From positions 109,370,001-109,434,000 of the forward strand of contig NC_045697.1 in NCBI RefSeq assembly GCF_009834535.1: a stretch of 64,000 bases of DNA, read 5' to 3'. Numbering within the stretch: position 1 is the stretch's first letter; the number at the start of each line of letters is the position of its first letter. The notes below the pieces were generated by a model. The model worked only from the letters and a program-made list of their open reading frames with translations, had not been told where the DNA came from and did not search any database. The DNA comes from Camelus ferus. Lineage: Eukaryota. Shown here in pieces: positions 1 to 14,228 of this stretch. Made by a program: the position numbers and the translations under genes.

Positions 1-35
1 GATTCTGCTATGTGCTGAAGTTTAGAACTACTGGT
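1..35. mobile_element. End of MER5-like hAT-Charlie DNA transposon
   Basis: gattctg..tg..aagtttagaactactg resembles the MER5A terminus. Confidence 0.45.
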
Positions 36-1915
36 TTAGATAATATCTACAGAGTGGCTTAAAATCTCAGCTCTTAGTCATCTGAGTTCTGGATTTGGTT
101 TAATTCCAAGGTGTGTGTTAGGAACTATAGCAATGTTGCTTCTAAGAGATGTGTAGATGAAAAACTGATAGCAGGGGCTGCCTCACAAGAGCTGCTGTCA
201 TTGTTCCCAGGAGTTAAGATTTTAAGCACTAAACAGAGCCAAGAATCCTTCACTGTTGAGTTGAACCAAATTGTTTCAGTACCTAGGATGATAGGCAGAA
301 GCTTCTCATTTAATAACATCATTTAGATTGTGCCTCCCTCCATTACCAAGATACTTAAAATGACAAATCATGAAATCACATTTAAATTACATAAGATTAT
401 TTTCAGAGTTAAGGAATTCCTAAATTAGCTCTCTTTCAAATGCTTTTAAGTTGTAAATAACTACAAGCAGACATACAATACCTGGGAGATACTTCATTAA
501 TATAATTAAGATATATGTTAATTAATTATTGGATTATTTTTATGTAATTCTTCATTCTTAGGGTAACATCTGCCTGTCTGGTTATTTTTAAAACATTTTT
601 AATAGGAAAATGTTACGCTAATAAGTATGTGTATTTTTTCTTTGGAAAATTTTCTACTCCTGAATTTAGATGTTACATACATTTATTAATTATTTCAGGT
701 GGGTTTGTCAGGGTGGAATATTAACCTTTTAAACAAGGTGTTATTTTATAAATGAGAGCCTTTGTTTTAAAGAACTTTATCCCCTTGCTAAATTTAGGGC
801 TTTATAGCTTACTTTGGCTCTTAAATCTACAGCAGATTTTTGTTTTTTCAACTTAGGAAGATAATTACTCTCAAGAAGAGGTATAACTGGTTTGGTGTGG
901 TGTCTTCTTGGCATCACAGATGGGTCTTGTTCGTGCTATAGGTTAGAATCAGGAACTAGAGAATCATTAAAGGAAAACCTACCTTTACGCATATTGAGAA
1001 GTGGAAGGTTTTTTAAAGTCAGGGTAAATCTACCAACTTTCTGAAGGTACTGTTTGTGGTTTTTAAGCGAAAACGGGTATCTAAATATTATTCACCCTCT
1101 ACATATAATAAGGCCATATTCTGAAAGGTTAGTTTCTTAGAATCAGACAAAAGAAATTACTCATCCAATCATTAATTATTTTCTAAATGTTTATAACTCA
1201 AGAATGAGGGAGGAGTGGAATATATTTTAAGAAACCCCTTACCCAATCAAGTGAGTCTGAAATTTCTAACAAGTTCGTAGTGAAAGACGTGGTGGAGAAT
1301 TTAGTATTGGGAATTTCCTGTGATTATTTAGTCTGGGGCCCAAGTAGGATTAATACAATTGAGACAGGAAGCAAAGTTATGAAATTAACAGTCCTTTTTG
1401 GTGTGGGCTCAACCACGTACTAATGAATATTCTATTATCTGAGGTCTCCTTTTGCTGGTATTATTTAATCCATTTCCAATACAACTTACTACTTTCTAAG
1501 CTTAGTAAAATACTTAAAATGATCACTTTTAAGGTATGTAAAACATGAATAAAATCAACAGCCGGCTAGTAGATTTTTTTCTTTCTGAGAATTTAATATG
1601 CAATTCCTTATAAAGTACCTTATTTAAGAATAATCAGTGGTGCATTCGTTTTTGACTGTGTTAGTGAAACAGGTCCCAATACCACCAGTCTATAAGAAAC
1701 AGTCTAGGGTGTTTCAAAGGGACTTAAGTCAGAGGTGAAAAGAAATTTAAAGAGAGAATTTATATAAAACAGGTATTTTTGAATTTTCAAATTAAAAATT
1801 TAAATAATACACTTCACATTATTTGTGATGAAGGTGGGAAAACCTGATATATGAAGATTGTAGAAAAGGTTGAAAGCATATTGCTCTTTTTTTTGTATAG
1901 GATAGGAGGAAATAC

Positions 1916-2706
1916 TTTTTTTTTTAATTGAAGTAGAGTCAGTTGCAATGTATCAATTTCTGGTGTACAGCACAATGTCCCAGTCATGCATATAATATAT
2001 ATTCTTTCTCATTAAAGATTATTACAAGATACTGAATATAGTTCCCTGTGCTGTACAAAAGAAACTTTTTTAAAATCTATTTTTATATATAGTAGCTAAT
2101 ATTTGCAAACCTCAAACTCCCAAATTTATCCCTTCCCACCCCCTTTCCCTTGTAACCATAAGATTGTTTACCATGTCTGCAAGTCAGTGAGTTCATAGTG
2201 TCCTTTTTTTTCTTTCTTTTTTTTTTAGATTCCACATATGATTGATATCATATGGTATTTTTCTTTCTCTTTCTGGCTCCACTTAGAATGATGATCTCTA
2301 GTTCCATCCATGTTGCTGCAAATGGCATTATTTTATTTTTTATGGCTGAGTAGTATTCCATTCTATAAATATACCACAACTTCTTTATCCAGTCATCTGT
2401 CGATGGACATTTGGGCCACTTCCATGTCTTGGCTATTGTATATAGTGCTGCTGTGAATATTGGGGTGCGTGTATCTTTTTGAAGTAGAGTTCTCTCCAGA
2501 TGTATGTCCAGGAGTGGGATTGCTGGATCATATGGTAAATCTGGTTTTTGTCTTTTGAGGAATCTCCATATTATTTTCCATAATGGCTGCACCAAGCTAC
2601 ATTCCCATCAGCAGTGTAGGAGGGTTCCCTTTTCTCCACACCCTCTCCAGCATTTATCGTTCATGGACTTTTGAATGATGGCCATTCTGACTCATGTGAA
2701 GTGATA
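1916..2706 (-). mobile_element. Young 5'-truncated L1 (ORF2 C-terminus + canonical camelid-type 3' UTR)
   Basis: ORF 2248-2595 is L1 ORF2 end ([27 protein letters not shown]); poly-T on + strand at 1916. Confidence 0.92.
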
Positions 2707-2913
2707 TTAAACTTTTTTTTTTTCAGTCTGCCCTAATGATTTATGGTAGTTGGTTTTCTCCAATTTAGAGAAATTAGTTCCCAATGTAGTCTTTGACTTT
2801 TTTGTTACACGGACTTGGGCTGAAGACGAATCTCATTCTGTCTTCTTGACTCGTAAACTTTATGTTGAGCAAATTTATCTTAGCAAGACATTTTATTTGT
2901 TTTAATTCTCTAG

Positions 2914-2988
2914 TTATCTGAGGGAAACCAAAAGCATGCAAACCTACAGAAAAGCATCGAGAAAGCTAAAATTGGCCGACATGAAACG
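2914..2988 (+). CDS. MND1: MND1 coding exon (human exon 5 equivalent), 75 nt, LSEGNQKHANLQKSIEKAKIGRHET
   Basis: Bounded by ttctctag| and |gtaagt; translation matches recalled human MND1 LSEGSQKHASLQKSIEKAKIGRCET; phase 0-0. Confidence 0.96.
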
Positions 2989-3179
2989 GTAAGTTTGTAT
3001 CCTGTAGGTTCTTTAATCATGTCGATTCTAAATAGAAGAGTAAAAGCATAGAGCTTCCTGTGGGGAGGATGCTGCTTCTCCCAGAGGAGAAGTGAAGCTC
3101 AGCAAAGTATGTCAACATCTCACCTGGTAGTTCGCTAGTGGTGAATCTAGATTTGTCATTGTTGCTGTGTTGTGTTGTC

Positions 3180-3390
3180 TGGGCAGTATAGCAAAGAAGC
3201 ATTAACCCTGGAGCCAGGCTGCCTAGGTTTGAACGTCTCCTAAACTCTCTCTTCTCAGTTTTCTCCATTGTAAAGTGGGGAATAATAAAATCTACATCAC
3301 TGAGTTACTGTGTGGATTGAACTAGCTAATATTTGGAAAGGACTTAGAAGAGAGCCTGGCACAAAGTCAGCCCTATATAAATGTTTATGT
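3180..3390 (+). mobile_element. MIR SINE
   Basis: ctggagccag.ctgcct.ggtttgaa..ctcagtttt ctc.. tgtaaa.tgggg..taata core and cctggcaca end. Confidence 0.75.
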
Positions 3391-4244
3391 AAAATTTTAA
3401 GAGTCTTTTATTTTAAAGTCTTGGCTCAGAACAAATTGAAAACTATCATTATAGTATCCTTGTGTCCTCGTAATGTTTCTAAATTATTTAAATGAATATT
3501 GACCTATTTTATTTTAAAAAGTGCAAATGTTCTCTGAAGTATTACATTAGGGGTTTTTAAAAAATCACTTTACTTTCTAGTTTCATCATTATCTAAAGTA
3601 TGGATTTATGACTTGAAAAAAATGTTGAAGATCAACATGAACCACTAAGCATTTCAACTCAGCCTCTGCTTGTACCACTTGATAGTGAAAGAGACTCAAA
3701 AACTTGTCACATTGTAGAAAAGAATACATCACAGGTTTACATGGCTTTATGCTTTTCAAAGTTGTTTTACATGCAGTCTGCGTGAATGGTCAGCACGCTC
3801 ACAGATAGGAACTAGAGAATGGTGATTGCTGAAGAGGATTTAAGGGAAGGTAAGTTCTGGGCATAACCTTAAACTATGATGTTTCTTCTTCTGTGGACAG
3901 CAATTACCACTTCTTTATTTGGCAATAACTTGTAGAAGCACCTTCAACTAATGGTGACATATTCATGCCCAAAAGTAGTTAGTTAGCCAGTCTACTGAAG
4001 GTTACCCCATCCACTGTAACCACTGGAATGAGGACAAAAAGACACTGGCACACTTAGTTGGTGCCTGTAGCCATCAGAAGGGTAGAGTAGTTCAGAAAAG
4101 CTCCTGAGAGAGACAAACTCTTGTGTTCATCCTGAGTTCACTAGTCAGGAGTTTTCAGAAATATCTAAAAGATTTTTCCATCTGCTAGATATTATTCATG
4201 GTGGTGATACTGCTGACGATGGTAATGAAGGAGAAGAAACAGCT

Positions 4245-4460
4245 AGCTTACATATTCTGCTTACTACGAGCAAGGCAGGACTGTTCCAAACACATTTTCT
4301 ATATTTATTGAATCCTGCCAACAGTCCAAGGAGGTAGCTCCTATTACTGTCTTCATTTCTACATTTGAGGAACTGAAAGCACAAAGAGGTTAAGTAATTT
4401 GGCAAAGATCTTGTTGCTGGTAACAGTCTGAGATGGCTCCCAACTCAGGGTATCTGGAGA
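4245..4460 (-). mobile_element. MIR SINE
   Basis: gaggaactgaaagcacaaagaggttaagtaatttg core. Confidence 0.75.
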
Positions 4461-4639
4461 GCTGTCATTGCATTCACACGGATGGCCACCCCTCTGCTGC
4501 TCCTGTCTCCATTAGCTTCTCTCCACTCATTTGTCATTGTAGAATGTGTATAATTTCAGTGTTGATAGCAAATAATGACCATCTTATATTGTAGTTATTT
4601 TTTAATTTCTTCTGTGCTTTGCTAATGTGGTATACTGTA

Positions 4640-4812
4640 ATCATATTTATCTATTTCATTTAAATTAAAATTAAATACAATTAAATTCAGTTTCTCGGTA
4701 ACAAAAGTCACAGTACATGTACTCAGTAGCCCCATGTAGTTGATGTTTCCTGCCTTTGAGAACACAGATCCAGAACATTTCTGTCACTGCAGAATTCTGT
4801 TGGACTCGGCTA
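4640..4812. mobile_element. MER3-like hAT-Charlie element
   Basis: ttaaattcagttctc..gtactcagtagcc.catgt..agaacatttc..tcactgcagaa.tct.ttggac. Confidence 0.65.
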
Positions 4813-5694
4813 CCTCAGAGCTGTGTGCATGCATTCTCTTGTATAAATGCCAACAAAAGGAGCTTTCTTCGCTTTGGAACTAAAGAGAACAGAGAAAGGC
4901 AAAAGTAGGAAAATACAAGTACAGAAATGTAAGCTAGCAAGGAACCTTAAACAAGTCCGATCAGGCAGCTTGAACTCTGTTTGGTTTTGCCCCAGACTTA
5001 CCCTATAATTCTGTACCATAACTTTTCCGTTAGTTGATTTTTATTTGGGCTTACGTTTCACACATATGAACTGAATACTGATAGCACTATGACTTCTACC
5101 TGTTAGAACTAAGGCTAGAAATTTCAAATGGTGTTTATTGGATCATTTTGTGTTTAAAACCTTTATTCTGGTTTACCTTTAAAGGAACGTGATAAGGAGG
5201 TCACAAAGCTACAACTCTTATTTCTGGTATTTTAAAATATTTTTGAGGGTTAATCATCTTTGAAGGTTGGAAAATTATCTAGATGACTTTTAAGGAAAAT
5301 TTTACAATGATTGATGTTGCCATAAAATATTACTTATATAATAATGGATGCAGTCTTGTGAAACTACCTAAGGAGCAGTATTTTTTTTTCCTAACTTGAT
5401 GACAATCATCTTTGAGTTCATGCATAATCAGTAACCTCTTATCTATTTACAAGCATTCCATTCTACATAATAATTTCCAGTTAGTCAACATATATATAAG
5501 GTGCTTGAGATTGCAGAGAAAAATGAGAATTGAGTTTGTTCTTGCACCGTGAATATATGTATGTATATAATTTTGTCAAAAGCCTAATGCATATCAGTTA
5601 TGAGAAATAAAATGAAAATGTTTATAAAACATGTAACTTTATAACATATGGCATTTTGTTTATCTTAATTATACATAATATTATTTGAATGCAG

Positions 5695-5809
5695 GAAGAG
5701 CGAACCATGCTAACAAAAGAACTTTCTTCACTTCGAGACCAAAGGGAACAGCTAAAAGCAGAAGTAGAAAAATACAGAGAATGTGACCCGCAAGTTGTGG
5801 AAGAAATAC
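5695..5809 (+). CDS. MND1: MND1 coding exon (exon 6 equivalent), 115 nt, EERTMLTKELSSLRDQREQLKAEVEKYRECDPQVVEEI
   Basis: gcag| acceptor, |gtaagt donor; matches human EERTRLAKELSSLRDQREQLKAEVEKYKDCDPQVVEEI; phase 0-1 fits neighbours. Confidence 0.97.
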
Positions 5810-8559
5810 GTAAGTTTGTATTACACTTTGAGGGTTTTTAACTTTGCTAATGAAAGATACTTTATACTTCTAGTTCCCTGGTAACCATTCTCCATGTATG
5901 TGAGAAAATAAAGCCCTTAATAGTGTTAATATTTCATTAATATTTCCATTAAGGGATCTTAATGTTAAAGCATTGAACAGTAACAACTTTGAAATTATGA
6001 GCATTTCAAGAACAAGGAAGGTCAGTGAGGTAGAAGGATAAAGTCATAAAATATAAGCTTAGGAAACTGAGGAGTCAGAGAGGGAACTAAGCTGTTGTCT
6101 TGATTCTAGAAAGAAACTCACCATTATCTTCCAAGAAAAGTGATATCAAAAAGGATGAGTTTACAAGTTGCAGAAAATTAGTCTGTGCATTGACTTGCCT
6201 TGAGAACACTCCAATGATATTCTTCCTTACTTTTAAACCAGAGTCCCCAGAGCTTCATTTTTAATAATTTTTATATATTCATGTAAATATGGAATTTTGA
6301 ATATTTGAAGAAATGATACAGTGTGTTATAAAAATACTACATTTAATTGCTTAGGGAAATATGCATAACCTTTTTATATTTTTCTATCTTAGCTTCTCTT
6401 TTCATTTAGGAAATTTTACCCAGTGAAACTTTTAGAAAAAAATGACAGTATGTGATTGAAGGCTTTGAGAGAAATTGAAAATATTTGGTATTTTTAAATT
6501 AAGTTGAGAATCACATGGTATTCTTCACAATTAAAAAGATTTTAAGCAGTTCAGTTAGTGTTATCTACAGTTAAACTTAGTTTTAGAGACAGGTCCTGCT
6601 CTGCACGACTGCAGGAGTCACCGTTCAAGTCCATGCGGTGCACAGCTGAGATAATATGTATCAGTCCTAGTTCAGCTGATTGCCCAGAGCAATTTTCAAA
6701 GCAAAATGGAGACAGAACCCCCTGAGCCAGTTTCTGTGAATTAAGTATTTGGGAGACATGTTAACTCTTTTGTGCTGCCTGCAGATTCTTTTCATTTATT
6801 ATTTTCTTGCAGAAGAAAGTGCTAACCAAGTCTGCTACAGAATTAACCACTTTAATCTATTTTAAAGTTTTAACTAGTATCAAATGACCCTTAGTGAATA
6901 CAAGCACATCAAAGCAACAGGACACAAGGTATGAATTCACTACTAGGAAGCTAGGCCTGCTCATGATTTACCTTCAAAAGGAAACACGTACTGTGTGTTA
7001 AAGAGGACATCGGATGTTATGTGTCTTATCTAGAGCAGATTCTCATGAAAGACTGTTTTAAGAACAATTTTCTTACCCAGATTTAATACCTTCAGATGAT
7101 TTATTTTCAGGATCAGCATGGCTGTGCCCTGTAGCAGTTCCTCATGAAAATTACGTTTTCACATTAACCAAATATGATCTTTCATTTATTACTTTTACTT
7201 GGTTCTACGTTCCTTCCTGATTTTAGTTTTGTGCAATTCTTGGACTTTCTCCTTGAAGTACCAACTCTTGCTTCCCCATCTCATTCTTTTTTCTATCCAG
7301 GGACCCATAGGTCTTAGCCATACCTAGTCAAGGCTTCTGCTTTTTCACCCTGTGGTCCTCATTGGGTTGTCACAGCTCTTTCCTTGGGCAGATGACCCTG
7401 ACTGATATCACCTCAACTGTGACCTCCCATTTTTACAGTCCTTTTCATGATTTTGATTACATCTGTCCACTCAGGAACGACTAAAACTCTTATTTAGGCT
7501 TAGAAAACTATTCTGACCTATGCTGATGGTGATCGTAAGCCAGTGGAGCATCTTGAGTTGCTGAAAATCAAGACAGAGAATTAGGCCAGACTGACTCATG
7601 AAGTGGGAAAACTTGTTTCAGGCACATAATTTCCAGTGTTGCCATTTCTTGTACCTCTGAATCAAGCAGCAATCTTGGCAAGTGCATCACCTGTTAGAAA
7701 GGTAATCAAACTTGAAGAAAGTGGTTTCAGGGTATATTAAAGATGATGGGTTTTCTGGAGAGTAGAATAACATAGTTGAGATGGAAGTTGCAACTATAAT
7801 TTTATACTGGTTGCCTGAATTCTCTCCATCTTAACCCTTGAATTTAAAAATTGGTAATTTATTTCTCAACCCAAGGAAAACATGCCAATGTGAATGAGTA
7901 TTATGCGGGGTATGAGGTCTAAGTGAATGAGAAGTTTTCTGATTTTCAGTGGAGAGACTATCTTTCTTCATCAACATCAAACCTAAATTATCTTTTAGTA
8001 TTTATTTATGCAGCCACATAAGAATGGATCTGTATTTGGGTTATATAGAATTTGCAATTATGAATCTATTACAAATATATTAATTCTTTACATTTTCACA
8101 TTGTATGTTTCTGATCTTAATGGGAAATGAAAGGATAAGAGTCCTTCCTTCCTAGTTTTGTGCTATTATTCTTTTATTTCATTAAAAAATCTTTTATAGA
8201 ATACATTAATTATAGAAAATTACAGCATATTTAATAGACATTAGATGTGTAGGATAATTACATTATTCCATAAATAAATTTTAAGAGTCTCATGTTCTAC
8301 CGACCAAGCCAGTTGGGCCATAAATATATTTTAGATGTGAAGGTAGCACCATATCTTTTTCTGTGGAATGTTACCAAACTACAGTGAAAAGAAAAAAAAC
8401 TGTCAAAGCCTGTATACCTGTAGAAAGAATTTTTAAGCTAACTTCAGTTCATATTTTTATAGAGAAATGTTTAATTTCTTGGCTTTTAAAATTCAAACAG
8501 CTAACAAGTGAAACTTTATATGTGGAGCTTTTACTTTCGGCCAAAATAGAGTAATAATG

Positions 8560-9790
8560 TACTGAATTTATCCCCCCACATAAAAACAAACAATATATGA
8601 AATGACAGTTTTCAAGATACTTGATATCAGACCACAAAGGAAAGTGATTCCTAGAGAAAGGAAACAGACAAAGTAAGTCTTACATTGTCCCAGGTTACTC
8701 TGTTGAGTTTCCTGGCTGCAGCACAAAGAAGGAGAACCTAGGCAGAGCCCTGCAGACTCCCTGAGTCGAGGAGATGCAACTGAGATTAGGGAGACCAACA
8801 GCATTCTAGAGGGGAAAGAGTAACACAAAGAGAACCCTGGATATCTAGAGAGGGTTCCTCTCAAGTAGTTGATGCATGCATATGAGAAATATACCCAAAG
8901 CTGAAGAAAGAACAATCTCAAAGGATTGAAGGAACAGTGCCAGGCACTCACACAGGAGCAGGAGTAGTGTCTGCTTTCACCAGCCAGACTAGCAAAATTT
9001 ATAATCCATAAGGCATTGGGTAGAGTACTCAAGAAGATCTTGCCTCAGTAGAAGGGAGTAGTTAGCCCTCAACTGAGCTTTGCTCTCAACCCACCTAACA
9101 AGCCATAAGAACAAGTCTTGAAAGGATCAAAGTATTGTACAATAACCTAAATTCATTCCTAACAGAGCTCAATAATTTTTGTAGGAGTACAAAAATATCC
9201 AGCACCCAGCAAGAAAATATTCATGTCTGGCATACAATGAAAGATCACCAAGTATGCAAAGAAGTAGGGAAAACATTATCCTTAATGAGGAGAATAATCA
9301 AACCTTCAATGAAAACTGACCCAGAATTAACACAGATAGTAGGATTAGAAGACTATAACATTAACAGTTACTATAAATGTACTTTATATGTTCAAAACGT
9401 TAAGTAGAAACATTGAAGATATAAAAAAGACCCAAGTCAAACTTCTGGAGATGAACACTATGGTGTCTGGAAAGAAAAATACACTGGATTGGGTTAACAG
9501 CAGATTGAGCTTCTGCAGAAAAGATTAGTGTATTTGAAGACATAGCAATAGAAACTACTCAAAATGAAACTCAGGGAAAAATAATTTAATGAAAATAGCC
9601 TCTGTGAGTTATAGGACAACTTCAAGTGACCTAATGTATGTGTAATTACAGTCCCAAAAGGGGTGTATTTTGAGGGTGGGGCCAGGGCAGGGGGTGTTTC
9701 AGACCAGAAAAATATCTGAAGAAATAAATATCAGAAGAAATAAAGGTGTAAATTTTTTTTTAATTTGATTAAACCCACAGATTCAAGAAA
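8560..9790 (+). mobile_element. Old L1M 5' region/ORF1 fragment
   Basis: Decayed ORF1-like A-rich text (aaacttctggagatgaa..aaaaatacactggat..aacagcagatt..gaagacatagcaatagaaact..aaacccacagattcaagaa). Confidence 0.7.
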
Positions 9791-12700
9791 TTTAAATATG
9801 TAAGTAGTAAATGGCAGTGATCTCTGTATCACTAAATCTAGAGAACTTTTTTAAGCTTTACCTTGACTTACCCTAAATCCCTTTTCCCAATGAGATTATT
9901 GTTTTTAAAATGTACTTTTTGGTAATGAAGGGTTTCATAGGATTTGGCTATCATGTTATTGCAGAACAGATTATACTGGATTAAAGGATTATGAGTTTCA
10001 CAAATTGATTTTAATAGGATTTGGTTCTTAATAATGTGGCTGTAACACTTTGTATTATAGCAATCAGGCTTATCTCTAAGTCTGTCATGACTTATTTTGA
10101 AACTTTTTTCTGCTGATAATAGCTATAGCCCTTATGTTCCTGTAGACATGATTATGTATTATCTCTCATTTCTCAATAATTCTTGCAGGAAATATTTATA
10201 TTTCATGCCAGTTGAATTACTGATATCATTAAACAAGTATTAGCAAGATTAGTTGCAAATATCCAAGAAATGAGAAGTAAAAGAAATAATTTATTAAAAA
10301 AATAAATTTTTATTTTAGCTACTCTGATCATTACTTAAGTGAGAAAATAAGTTGTAGTACAACCTGAATTCTCACATTAAAGGATTTGGAAAGTAAGTCT
10401 TACAAGCACTTAAGAAATTTTCTTCGAAATAAATGCCCAGATGACAGTGAAAATGATGGAGTAAGGACCTTTGGAAATTTACCCTTCCATGAAAACTAGC
10501 AAAAATTGTTACAACTTTTCCAGAATTCTAGAAACTAACCAAAGATTTGCCCATTCAAGAAAAATGACTGGACCTCTGCAAGAAGAGTGAGCTTTGTGTT
10601 GTTTAATTTGCTCTAGTTTTATCGCCTACCCTCCCCCTCAACAGTCAGCCCTGCATTCTTGGTATCAGAGGGAGTAGGATAGAACTGGAGCTCTTTTAGT
10701 CCCTCATTCCCAAAGAATTGTCGTTATTTGGCATCTTTGGTGGTTCCCTAAAAGCCACTAATAGAAAGAATTGTCTTCTTTTGACCTGGCTTGTAGTATG
10801 CTCATCACTAACAGCCTCTTCCTGGGGACCGTTTGTCTAAAACAATTACAGGCAAGACTTTAACTTCACAACTGTCTTAGGTGATGAATAACAGTTAAGG
10901 AAAAGAGTAGACTAACTAAAAAGCTTAAAGGGAGAGACCAAAGGAGATGTTCATTGGTGCCTTGAAAAGAAACATATTCCTGGAAATCTAGAATGCCACT
11001 TACATGCATAGTGCTGTGTACATTCTCAGGAAAGACCTGAGAAGGTCCTAATCTCCTACCACTAGCTGACCTTGACAATCTGTGCAAGAAGGAAGTGAAG
11101 GCTAGAGCAGAGTTGTAAATTGACTAGCTGGGTATTGTTGAAACCTGCCTTAGCACACACAGAAACACACACACACAATCTCTCACCAAAGACTTGGAGA
11201 TTTAATCCAGGTGTTTAAGGTGCTGTTCAATTATTAGCTGACGAGTAAGCAAACTGACTACAGACTTCAGTAGCCACACATAATAAATATAGACTCTGCA
11301 GAATTGGTTCAGTAAATCATTAAATAAACAATAACTACAACAAGTAGCAACAACACTAACCCTGGGAAGAATCTGATTTCCAGAATTGCAACATTATATT
11401 ATTTTAAATGATCAGTTTTCAATAAAAAACAATTACAAGACATACAAAGAGACAAGAAAATGTGGCTCATGCATGATTTTGGACTTGCTAGACAAAGACT
11501 TTAAATCAGCTATTTTAAATATGTTGAAAGTGCTAAGGAAAAACATGTCTAAGAAACTAAAGGAAACTCTGAGAATGATATCTCACCTAATAGAGAATAT
11601 TAATAAAGAGATAGAAATTATTAAGAAGGAACCAAATAGAAATTCTGAAAACTATGATAGCTGAAGGGAAAAATTCACTGGAGGGATTAACAGCAGTTTG
11701 AGCAGGCAAGAGAAAGAATCAGTAACTCAAGGATAGTTCAATTGAGATAATCCAGCCTGAGGAACAGAAATCAAAAAGAGTGAAGAAACATTCACAGTGT
11801 CTCAGAGACCTATGGTATGGCATCAACAGTGTCACATACTCATAATGGAAATCACAGAAGTTGAGGAGAGAGAAAGAGGGAAAAAGAATAAGGGCTGAAA
11901 ACATCCCAAATTTGATGAAAAACTTTACACATTCAAAAAGCTTAACAAATTCCATTTAGGACAGCCTCAAAGAGATCTACACAGAGACACATCATAATCA
12001 AACTGTCAAAAGATAAACAGAATATTGAAAGCAGCAAGAAACAACTCATCATATAGAAGGGATCTTCAGTCAGATTAACAACTTGATTTTTATTAGAAGC
12101 CTGTAGAGGCCAGAAACATTGGAATGACATATTCAAAGTGCTGAAAGAAAAAAACTGTCAACCAAGAATTCTGTATCTAGAAATACTTTCCTTAAAAACT
12201 GAAGGACAAAGTAAGATATTCCCAGATAAATAACTGAAAGGGTTTGTCACTAGTAGACCTACCTTTAAAAAGAAAAAAGGAAGTTCTTCTCATTGAAGTG
12301 AAAGGACACTAGGCAGCAACTTGATCAACGTGAAGAAACAAAGCAAACTAGATTCACATAAGGAAATCTAAAGCACAGTGCATGTGCATTTTTGTTCCTA
12401 TCTTGTGTTCTCTTATCTGGTTTGAAATACAGCTACGTAAAGCAATAATGATAAACATGTTGGGCACACAATGTATATAGTATAATTTGTGACAATAACA
12501 GTATAAAACTGAGGAGGAGAATGGAGCTATGTAGGAGGAAAATTTTTGCATACTCTTGAATTTAATTTGGTATTCTAGTTAGATTGTTACAAAATAAGAT
12601 GTTAGTAGTAGTCCCCAGGGCAACCACTAGAAAATTACCCAAAAATATTTGGTAAAAGAAATTAGAGAATTAAAATGATATGCTAAAAATATTCATTTAA

Positions 12701-13832
12701 CATAAAATAAAGCAATTGTGGAGGAATTAAGAAGCAAAAATGCATATGACATATAGAAAACATATAGCAAATGGCAGATGTAAATCCTACTTTATCAGTA
12801 ATTACATTAAATGTAAATGGGTTAAAGTCCAATTAGTAGGCAGGGATTGACAGAATAGATTAAAAATACATAAGCTAACTACATACTTTACAGAAGACTC
12901 ACATTTGACTCAAAGACACAAATATAGTGAAAGTAAAGGCTGGAAAAAGATATTTCATGAAAACAATAAGCAAAGGTGAGCTAGAGTGACTAGACCAGTA
13001 CTAAAGAAAATAGACTAAGAGAAAAATTGTTACTATAGACAAAGTACAGTTTATAAATATAATGTTAGAGGTCAACTCTTCAGGAAGATATGACAATTAT
13101 AAACATATATACACTTAACAATAGAGAACCAAAATATGTACAATAAAAACCAAAAGAACTGAAGGGATAGACAGTTCAACAATAATTGTTTAAAATTTCA
13201 GTAATCCATTTTGAATAAACAGTGGAGCAATGAGATGGAACATAAGCAAGGAATTAGAGCACTTACTGCTATAAACCAACTGAATCTAACACACATCTAT
13301 AGAACACTTCACTCAACAATAGCAGAAGACACATTCTTCTCAAGTGCACATGAAATATTCAAGAATAGACCATATGTTAAGTGTAAGCAAGTCTCAGTAA
13401 ATTTAAATGGATTGATAATACAAAGTATATTTTCTGATGACAGTGGAATATTATAAGGTAAATAACAGGAAATTTGGGAAATCCACAAATATGTTGAAAT
13501 TAATCAACACTACTGAAAAAGGATGGCTCAAAGAAAATCATAATGGAAATTAGGAAATACTGTGAAATAGTGAAGATTAAAACGTATGAAAACTTACTGG
13601 ATGCATGAAGGCATTGTTCAATGAGAAATTTATTAACATTTTAATGCCTGTGTTAAAAAAATAGAGAAAGCTCTCAAATAAATAACCTAGCCTTCCATCT
13701 TAAGAAACTAGAAAGAGAAGAGCAAACTAAACCCAAGGCATGTATTAGGAAGAAACTAAAATGACTAGAACAGAAATAAGAGAAATAGAGAAGAAACAGG
13801 AGAAAATCAATGAAACCAAAAGTTGGTTCTTT

Positions 13833-14228
13833 TTTTTTTTTCCAGTTTTCAGTTTTATTAAGTAGAATTGTTATAATTTGACTGCACATATACAATATAT
13901 TACATGTAAATACATATATACAATATACTGCACATTTTTTTAGTTTGCATATATGTACTGATCATTGTTTCTAAGAACAGTTTAGACCTTTAGCTTTTTA
14001 AACTTACATAGTTATCAAAGGAATAAAGCCAATCATAAAATAAGAATCAACAGAATGCAGTAATCCAGTCATAAAGGACAGTCAAATGTGCTTATGCATA
14101 TTCAAGAAATCAATCATCTAAGTTATAAATAATAGGTAGTTCATTTATTTGTTTGTTTGTTTTTAAGATTCCACATATGAATGATATAATAGGGTGTTTT
14201 TCTTTCTCTTTCTGGCTCATTTAGAATG
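13833..14228 (-). mobile_element. Young L1 3' fragment with alternative 3' UTR, inserted in the L1MB
   Basis: Perfect 18-bp TSD accaaaagttggttcttt (13815-13832, 14229-14246); poly-A tail; homologous to 35375-35765. Confidence 0.9.

Noticed and set aside
2248..2595. 115-aa ORF as a host gene
   Set aside because: It is the C-terminus of L1 ORF2
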